Of a stretch of DNA of 64,000 bases, positions 58,436 to 64,000 are shown piece after piece (within the stretch, counting starts at the first letter, position 1; the number at the start of each line of letters is the position of its first letter). The position numbers were made by a program, and so were the translations under genes. The DNA lies in the NCBI GenBank assembly GCA_016783505.1, contig JADHWK010000004.1:1-64000 (forward strand). Direction: 5' to 3'. The DNA comes from Candidatus Zhuqueibacterota bacterium (GTDB taxonomy: Bacteria > BS750m-G25). The notes beneath the pieces are model-generated. The model worked only from the letters and a program-made list of their open reading frames with translations. It was not told the DNA's origin and did no database searches.

Positions 58436-58890
58436 ACCAGATAGTCCGCTAAAATATTTTTGGGGTGCACCAAGCCCCGTTAGATCGTTATCCCACCGAG
58501 TTTATCATGGTTAGATAGCCGCCATATCTAACGGGGCAAGCGTCTTGGTGCAAAGTTTTAGGTGCGAAGTGCTAATAAATAAAACCGCCATCCCGAGTAT
58601 TCGGGAAAAAGGAGGATGAAAATACTCCACTATGGGTTCTCAGCGAACCCTGCAATGAAAGTATTTTCAGAGGAAAGAAAATAAAAATCTTACGGATTAA
58701 CTCCACGATTTTTAAATTATTGGAGTTAAGGTCCGATAACTCCGTATGAGTCCGAAGTATCGGACTCCATCGGAGCGTCAGCCTTTTAAAATCCCGAAAC
58801 ATCGGGATTGAATCCATCGAACTGGGATAAGCCCAGCATAAAAATCTGTGTAAATACGTGTAATCTGTAGTCTATTTTCAGGTGAAAAAG

Positions 58891-58963
58891 AGCCACCTGC
58901 CCGATTCGAACGGGCGACCTGGGCATTACGAATGCCCTGCTCTACCAACTGAGCTAAGGTGGC
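58891..58963 (-). tRNA. tRNA-Thr(CGU), CCA not encoded
   Basis: GCCACCT TAGCTCAGTTGGTAGAGC A GGGCA TT CGT AA TGCCC AGGTC GCCCG TTCGAAT CGGGC AGGTGGC T forms a cloverleaf. Confidence 0.96.
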
Positions 58964-59184
58964 CAAACCCAAAATTATTTAGGAATTATGAAGTTACGGG
59001 GTAATTGACCCCTGCTTTTTATACTTACTAAATTTACAACGTTCATTCATAAAAGTCAAGTCATTAATGAATTAATTCCCTGGGTTCTATCAAAGGAGGT
59101 TTTTTCTCTTGATATTTAGTTTGTAAAAGGTTAAATTTAAGAAAAGATTTTTTTTGGAAAATACATTAGCATGGGGATGTTCAA

Positions 59185-59574
59185 ATGGCAAAAATAGTAG
59201 TAATAGATGACGATCCCAACAATCTGCTCCTCTATCGGGAAATCTTAGAAGAAGAGGGGCACCAAACCCTCACGGTTGCGGATAGCCGACAGGCCCATGC
59301 AATAATTAGAAAAGAATCCCCCGATATAATTCTGTGTGATATCATCATGCCCAAATTGTCAGGCGTGGAACTATGCGAGCTTGTTAAGTGCGATGAAGGG
59401 ACAAAAAACATCCCTATTATTCTAATGTCCGGCATTTTTGACCACGATGATGCCCGAAAAAAAATGAAACAGGCCGGTTATCAGCCGGATGATTACCTCG
59501 TTAAGCCCTTCGATAATGAAACCCTGCTGATTAGAATAAAGAATCTGTTGAAAGAAAGAGGTCAACAAACCTAA
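59185..59574 (+). CDS. single-domain response regulator receiver
   Basis: IDDD, CDIIMP..SG, MS, KPF. Confidence 0.92.
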   Translation: MAKIVVIDDDPNNLLLYREILEEEGHQTLTVADSRQAHAIIRKESPDIILCDIIMPKLSGVELCELVKCDEGTKNIPIILMSGIFDHDDARKKMKQAGYQPDDYLVKPFDNETLLIRIKNLLKERGQQT

Positions 59575-59582
59575 TAACCTCC

Positions 59583-60545
59583 ATGAAAATTTTATTGACT
59601 GGCGGGGCTGGTTTCATCGGTTCCCACCTCGGAGAACGGTTACTGAAGGACGGCTATTCCGTCGTCTGTCTGGATAATTTCGATGACTTCTATGACCCGA
59701 CTGTTAAACGGGACAATATAAGTTCCAGCCTGGAAAATCCCCAATACGAGCTGGTCGAAGGGGACATTCGTGATGAGAATCTTCTCATCCGTACCTTTGA
59801 AAAGACCCCCTTTGATGTGGTTATCCATCTGGCCGCCCGGGCAGGGGTGAGGCCCTCCATCGCCAATCCCTCCCTTTACGCCAGCGTCAACGTGGATGGT
59901 ACGATAAAACTTCTGGAAACGATGAGGCGATTCCCGATAAAGAAGTTCATTTTCGGCTCCTCCTCATCGGTTTATGGTAACAATTCCAAGATCCCCTTTT
60001 CCGAATCGGACCCGGTGGATCACCCCATCTCCCCCTACGCCGCTACCAAACGTGCCGGGGAACTCCTGTGCTACACCTACCATCAGCTTTATCACATCCC
60101 CACCGCCTGCGTCAGGTTCTTTACTGTTTACGGCTCCAGACAGAGACCGGAGATGGCCATCCATAAATTCACGGAGTTGATGCACAGGGATAAAGAAATT
60201 TCCATGTACGGGGATGGCACCACCAAAAGGGATTACACCTACATTGATGACATCATTGACGGGATAATGGGAATATTTAATAGCGATTTCTCTTTCGAAA
60301 TTATCAATCTGGGGGAATCCCAGACGGTGGAACTTAAACGGTTGATTCAGCTCATCGAACATCATCTCGGGAAAAGGGCCAAAATCAAACTCCTGCCCCC
60401 CCAGCCTGGGGATGTGAATATTACCTACGCTGATATTTCCAAGGCACGGGAAAAATTCGGCTATTCCCCCAACACCCCTATCGAAAAAGGGATTGCCTTG
60501 TTTGTGGAATGGTTCAAAAACCAGCACGCTTCGGCAAGGGGATGA
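59583..60545 (+). CDS. NAD-dependent nucleotide-sugar epimerase (UDP-glucuronate 4-epimerase-like)
   Basis: TGGAGFIG, HLAARAGVR, YAATK, RFFTVYG, QPGDV. Confidence 0.9.
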   Translation: MKILLTGGAGFIGSHLGERLLKDGYSVVCLDNFDDFYDPTVKRDNISSSLENPQYELVEGDIRDENLLIRTFEKTPFDVVIHLAARAGVRPSIANPSLYASVNVDGTIKLLETMRRFPIKKFIFGSSSSVYGNNSKIPFSESDPVDHPISPYAATKRAGELLCYTYHQLYHIPTACVRFFTVYGSRQRPEMAIHKFTELMHRDKEISMYGDGTTKRDYTYIDDIIDGIMGIFNSDFSFEIINLGESQTVELKRLIQLIEHHLGKRAKIKLLPPQPGDVNITYADISKAREKFGYSPNTPIEKGIALFVEWFKNQHASARG

Positions 60546-60573
60546 AGATATTGCCTGGATAAACTGAAAAAGG

Positions 60574-60605
60574 AAAGGCCAGCCCGACCTCAGGCTGGCC
60601 TTTTT
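60574..60605. terminator. bidirectional intrinsic terminator
   Basis: AAAGGCCAGCC-cgacctca-GGCTGGCCTTTTT between convergent genes. Confidence 0.75.
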
Positions 60606-60625
60606 CACGATAAAAAGCTCCCGGG

Positions 60626-61972
60626 TTAAATTAATGATCTTCCATCTATCCCTTCCGGAACGGGAAGATTCATCATTGACACCAGGGTAGGGAAAAGATC
60701 AGTAATCCCAAGCTGATTGTCCTTGGGGACAATCTCCCGATTTTTTATAAACAATGACGCATCGTCGTAGGTGTGCATGCCCACCAGATCCCCCAGGAAA
60801 GTTAATGCCAGCTGGTTTAGATTACCCTTCAAATCATAACCGTCGTGGGGAATGGCGATCAGGTCGGCTGCCTGGGGAAAGAAGGGACCATCATATATTT
60901 CATCCCGCAGCCATACTCGGTCAATGATTTTTTCACCCGTATCGGGATCGGTCAGGGTCAACAATCCTTCCCTGATCTCTTTTCGTATGGTCTCATATTC
61001 CCCATCGGGTTCCACCTGCCCCATCGCCTCCCGGCCCTTGAGGTTTATAAAGACTCTCCCGGGGACCAGGCTGTAAGCCAAGGTGGCCGGCGACATCTCT
61101 TTCAGGGATACCGGTATTCCCTGATTGAATAATAAATATCCTTCTTTCTCAAGCCAGTAATTGAGGTAGACCTCTTTTTTCACACGGCAGAAGCCATGGT
61201 CAGATAGAACCACCAGCTCTACTCCCTCTCCTAACTGTTGGGATAGGTTCCCAACATAGTCATCCACCCGTTGATACAGGGCCAAGAATCGGTCGGTATA
61301 CCGGGGATCACCGTCCTCCCACTGAGCCCATAGGAAATGGTTCACCCGATCGCTCTCCATGATGTGTAACTGGAAGAAATCCCAGGGCTCTTTTTCCATC
61401 AGATAGTCCGCCACCTCGATGCGCTTATTGAGGGTAAAAAAGAGGTCCTGGAAAAATTTCTCCTTATCCTTGCGGCCCATCCAGGCATCCACGTCAATGC
61501 GGTATTCCATCTCTTTCAGCCTGGGGTTGAGGCTGGGTGGGTAGGCTATTTTGTTGATGTCGGTCCCCAGAAACCCACCGATCAGAATCCCGTTGACATC
61601 CCGGGGGGGATAGGTCACCGGCACGTTGATGACGATCACCCGTTTTCCCGCCCTGCTCAAGAGCTCCCATAGCGTCTGACAGCCCATGTGTCGGGCGGTG
61701 GGGATAAAAATGTCGAAGGGATCGGCGACCCGGTCCACAAACCCGAAAATATTATGTTTGGCCGGGTTAACCCCGGTCATGTAGGACGACCAGGCTACCG
61801 AAGATACCGTCGGGATCACCGAGTTCATCCTTCGGAAAGATCCCTGCTGGAATAATTCAGCTAAATGGGGAAGATTTCCCTTCCCAGCCTGCTCTTTCAG
61901 AAAAGAATGGGCGACCCCATCAATTCCAATAACGACTACCTTGGCCTTTTTTCTCCGTCCGAACAAACCCAA
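60626..61972 (-). CDS. AlkP-superfamily type I phosphodiesterase/nucleotide pyrophosphatase-like protein (COG3379-like)
   Basis: IGIDG, PTVSSVAW, DRVNH, SDHGF, GMH; no signal peptide. Confidence 0.86.
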   Translation of the reverse strand: MGLFGRRKKAKVVVIGIDGVAHSFLKEQAGKGNLPHLAELFQQGSFRRMNSVIPTVSSVAWSSYMTGVNPAKHNIFGFVDRVADPFDIFIPTARHMGCQTLWELLSRAGKRVIVINVPVTYPPRDVNGILIGGFLGTDINKIAYPPSLNPRLKEMEYRIDVDAWMGRKDKEKFFQDLFFTLNKRIEVADYLMEKEPWDFFQLHIMESDRVNHFLWAQWEDGDPRYTDRFLALYQRVDDYVGNLSQQLGEGVELVVLSDHGFCRVKKEVYLNYWLEKEGYLLFNQGIPVSLKEMSPATLAYSLVPGRVFINLKGREAMGQVEPDGEYETIRKEIREGLLTLTDPDTGEKIIDRVWLRDEIYDGPFFPQAADLIAIPHDGYDLKGNLNQLALTFLGDLVGMHTYDDASLFIKNREIVPKDNQLGITDLFPTLVSMMNLPVPEGIDGRSLI

Positions 61973-62057
61973 AATGATCTCTCTTCGAAAGGTCTAGCGA
62001 AACTTCGCCCCAAAGCAGTCAAGCCCTTGACTGACCGATGAGCCAAGAAGCCCGCAA

Positions 62058-62325
62058 GAAAATCCGAAATTCGAATATCGAAATACGAAACAAATCGGTC
62101 AGGCACCCGACTGATTCAAAATCCAAATATTCCGCTGCAGGCGGATTCAAAACGGTATTTACTTCTACACAATATGGACCCGAAAATATCTGTGCTTATT
62201 ATAAACCCCTAACTTACGGGGTAAAACCTGTCGTTGTTTTTATTGCTGTTTTGGATTTTGAATTTTGGTTATTCGGATTTGTTTCGTCCCGAAGTCTCGG
62301 GATCGGACTTCGTACTTCGAATTCT
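62058..62325. repeat. degenerate 7-bp periodic inverted-repeat element with nested palindromes
   Basis: CGAAATT/CGAATAT-type units at the left end and TTTTGGA/ATTCGGA/ACTTCG units at the right end; contains three different short palindromic inserts. Confidence 0.6.
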
Positions 62326-62368
62326 TAATGTATTACATTCTGCAACAAAATTGCATACTTAACTAAAG

Positions 62369-62983
62369 TTATAGATAACCCAAAGCCTCAAGCCTTTTAT
62401 CAATCTTTTTCTTTTCCTCCTCGGAATACACCCCCTCCTCGACCCTTTCAATATATCGGTGTTTCTCCAGATAATCAATGACCTTGGCGGCGCTTTCCTC
62501 CGGGGTCTCCCGATCCGTTTCCAGCACGACCTCAGGGTTCAACGGCTCTTCATAGGGATCGGAGATCCCGGTAAACTGTTTGATTTCCCCAGTGAGGGCT
62601 TTAGAATAAAGACCCTTAATATCCCTTTTTTTAAGAACTTCTAAGGGACATTTGGCATAGACTTCCACGAAGTCCCCAATCAGATTCCGGTTGTAATCCC
62701 GTATTTCCCGGTAGGGGGAGATAGCAGCACCGATGGCCACCACCCCGTTGCGGGAGAGCAGATGACAGACGAAGCCGATGCGCTTGATGTTAGTGTCCCG
62801 GTCCTCCTTGCTGAAACCCAGCCCCTTGCTCAGATTGGTGCGGACCACATCCCCGTCCAACACCTCCACCTTCAGCCCCCGTTCTTTTAGTTTCTTCTCC
62901 ACCAGTCGGGACACGGTGGTCTTCCCCGAACCAGAAAGTCCCGTAAACCAGATGGTAAATCCCTTTTCCACATCCTCCTCCAT
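62369..62983 (-). CDS. cysC: adenylyl-sulfate kinase with C-terminal RLxxLGYL extension
   Basis: [38 protein letters not shown]. Confidence 0.95.
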   Translation of the reverse strand: MEEDVEKGFTIWFTGLSGSGKTTVSRLVEKKLKERGLKVEVLDGDVVRTNLSKGLGFSKEDRDTNIKRIGFVCHLLSRNGVVAIGAAISPYREIRDYNRNLIGDFVEVYAKCPLEVLKKRDIKGLYSKALTGEIKQFTGISDPYEEPLNPEVVLETDRETPEESAAKVIDYLEKHRYIERVEEGVYSEEEKKKIDKRLEALGYL

Positions 62984-62988
62984 TAAAG

Positions 62989-63216
62989 TTACAGGTACCC
63001 TAAATTCTTCAATCGTCTTCGGATAAGTTGGATCTCCTCCCGGGTTAGGGATCCCCCTTCCCCGGTAGCGCCACCCCGGGAGGCCAGATCCCGCAGTACG
63101 TAGACGATAAAATCGGTGACCGAGTTAAACCCGGTGTCCTGGATAATGGACTTCAAATTGTTGTAGAGCGCCCGGGGGATCTTGATGGTGACCTTATTCT
63201 CTTTGGGTTCGGTCAT
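62989..63216 (-). CDS. CopG/RHH regulator with C-terminal RLxxLGYL tail
   Basis: VTIKIP..LY...[14 protein letters not shown]; tail [16 protein letters not shown]. Confidence 0.85.
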   Translation of the reverse strand: MTEPKENKVTIKIPRALYNNLKSIIQDTGFNSVTDFIVYVLRDLASRGGATGEGGSLTREEIQLIRRRLKNLGYL

Positions 63217-63247
63217 GTTAATGAACCTAGCCCCGAAGGTTCAGGGC

Positions 63248-63392
63248 AATTGGAAGAATGGAATGTTGGAATGATGGAATAATGGGGCAACAAATTGGAA
63301 TAATGGGATAATGGAATATTGGTTTAAGCTTTTACCCAACATTCCAGCATTCCAATACTCCATCATTCCAGAAATGCTGAAATTGGAATAAT
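63248..63392. repeat. degenerate 8-bp tandem repeats in inverted arrangement
   Basis: TGGAATAA/TGGAATGA units followed by ATTCCAGC/ATTCCAAT units. Confidence 0.6.
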
Positions 63393-63453
63393 GCTTAAAT
63401 AATACTAATATTTCCAATCCCGAAACTTCGGGAGAATTTCCGAGAAGTTAAAA

Positions 63454-64000
63454 TTAGACAACAATCTTCCCTTCCACATTGGGCGGAACGTCAACGCCCA
63501 TAAGGTTCAGCACGGTGGGCATCACATCCATTACGTGGAGGCCACTTACCCTCCTACCCAACTTCTGACGGGGATCGTAGAGGATAAAAATCCCCTGCTG
63601 GGCGTGATTGGCGTCGTCGGGGCCGGTGTCATTCTCAAAGGTCCAGACCCCCGGGTTGCCAACCGTCCCCACCGACCGCCAGTCCAGGTCAGCGAAGTAG
63701 ACGATGAGGTCGGGGGGTATACCCCTCACCTCGGTATAAATGTCATCGGGCTTAAAAACCTTGGTTCCCAGCGGCCGTCCTCTATGATCGGTCAAGGCTT
63801 CCAGCTTTCTGATCAGTTCATCCCGAACCCCCTCATAATGTTCGGGCGGGATTTGACCCTGGGGTTCCCGGCCCTTAACGTTCAAAAAAAGCCGGCCGTA
63901 ATACCCTCCCGAACCCCAGGCCAGGGATTTGCCCCAGTCCACCATCTCATTTTTAAAACGGGTGGGCTCATCCACCCCGGTTTTGAGGGTCAAATACCCC
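63454..64000 (-). CDS. AlkP-superfamily phosphodiesterase-like protein (5' part outside the window)
   Basis: GGYYGRLFLNVKGREPQG, PPDLIVYF, NDTGPDDANH, DVMPTVL; frame open to the window edge. Confidence 0.85.
   Translation of the reverse strand, partial: GYLTLKTGVDEPTRFKNEMVDWGKSLAWGSGGYYGRLFLNVKGREPQGQIPPEHYEGVRDELIRKLEALTDHRGRPLGTKVFKPDDIYTEVRGIPPDLIVYFADLDWRSVGTVGNPGVWTFENDTGPDDANHAQQGIFILYDPRQKLGRRVSGLHVMDVMPTVLNLMGVDVPPNVEGKIVV

Noticed and set aside
58560-58890. Integrated element at the tRNA-Thr 3' end
   Set aside because: No integrase and no duplicated tRNA 3' end seen; only repeat debris before a housekeeping gene.
1-64000. CRISPR array or similar repeat-spacer array
   Set aside because: I found no regularly spaced repeat-spacer units; the repeats are dispersed palindromes or short periodic tracts. 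No cas genes seen.

Overview
A 64-kb, mostly minus-strand stretch of a diderm bacterial chromosome. A T9SS-type C-terminal sorting domain, TolC and an Omp85 barrel suggest an FCB-group lineage; this is inference only. Contents: housekeeping genes (carAB, glgC, a phosphohexomutase, cysC, acylphosphatase, tRNA-Thr(CGU)); DNA repair and nucleotide genes, many from families best known in archaea (EndoQ-like PHP, Fpg/Nei, XPB + Bax1/DUF790, SplB-like radical SAM, DUF763, THEP1-type NTPase, UPF0282); secreted hydrolases; two vapBC loci whose toxins both look disabled; twin sodium:solute symporters; and a plus-strand block (TolC, two closely related RND pumps with no adaptor, methyltransferase, Omp85, GH20, and a gene flanked by attC-like sites). 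Best candidate for an undescribed system: a sulfate-activation locus at the right end, where CysC and a ribbon-helix-helix protein each carry the same appended EE...RLxxLGYL tail while the two flanking AlkP-superfamily enzymes lack it. Second: intergenic DNA rich in nested palindromic repeats, including 12 copies of a 14-bp CCCGA-N4-TCGGG element that appears inserted into other repeats. I saw no CRISPR array, integrase, transposase or rRNA. All family calls come from motif recognition by eye, not database searches.
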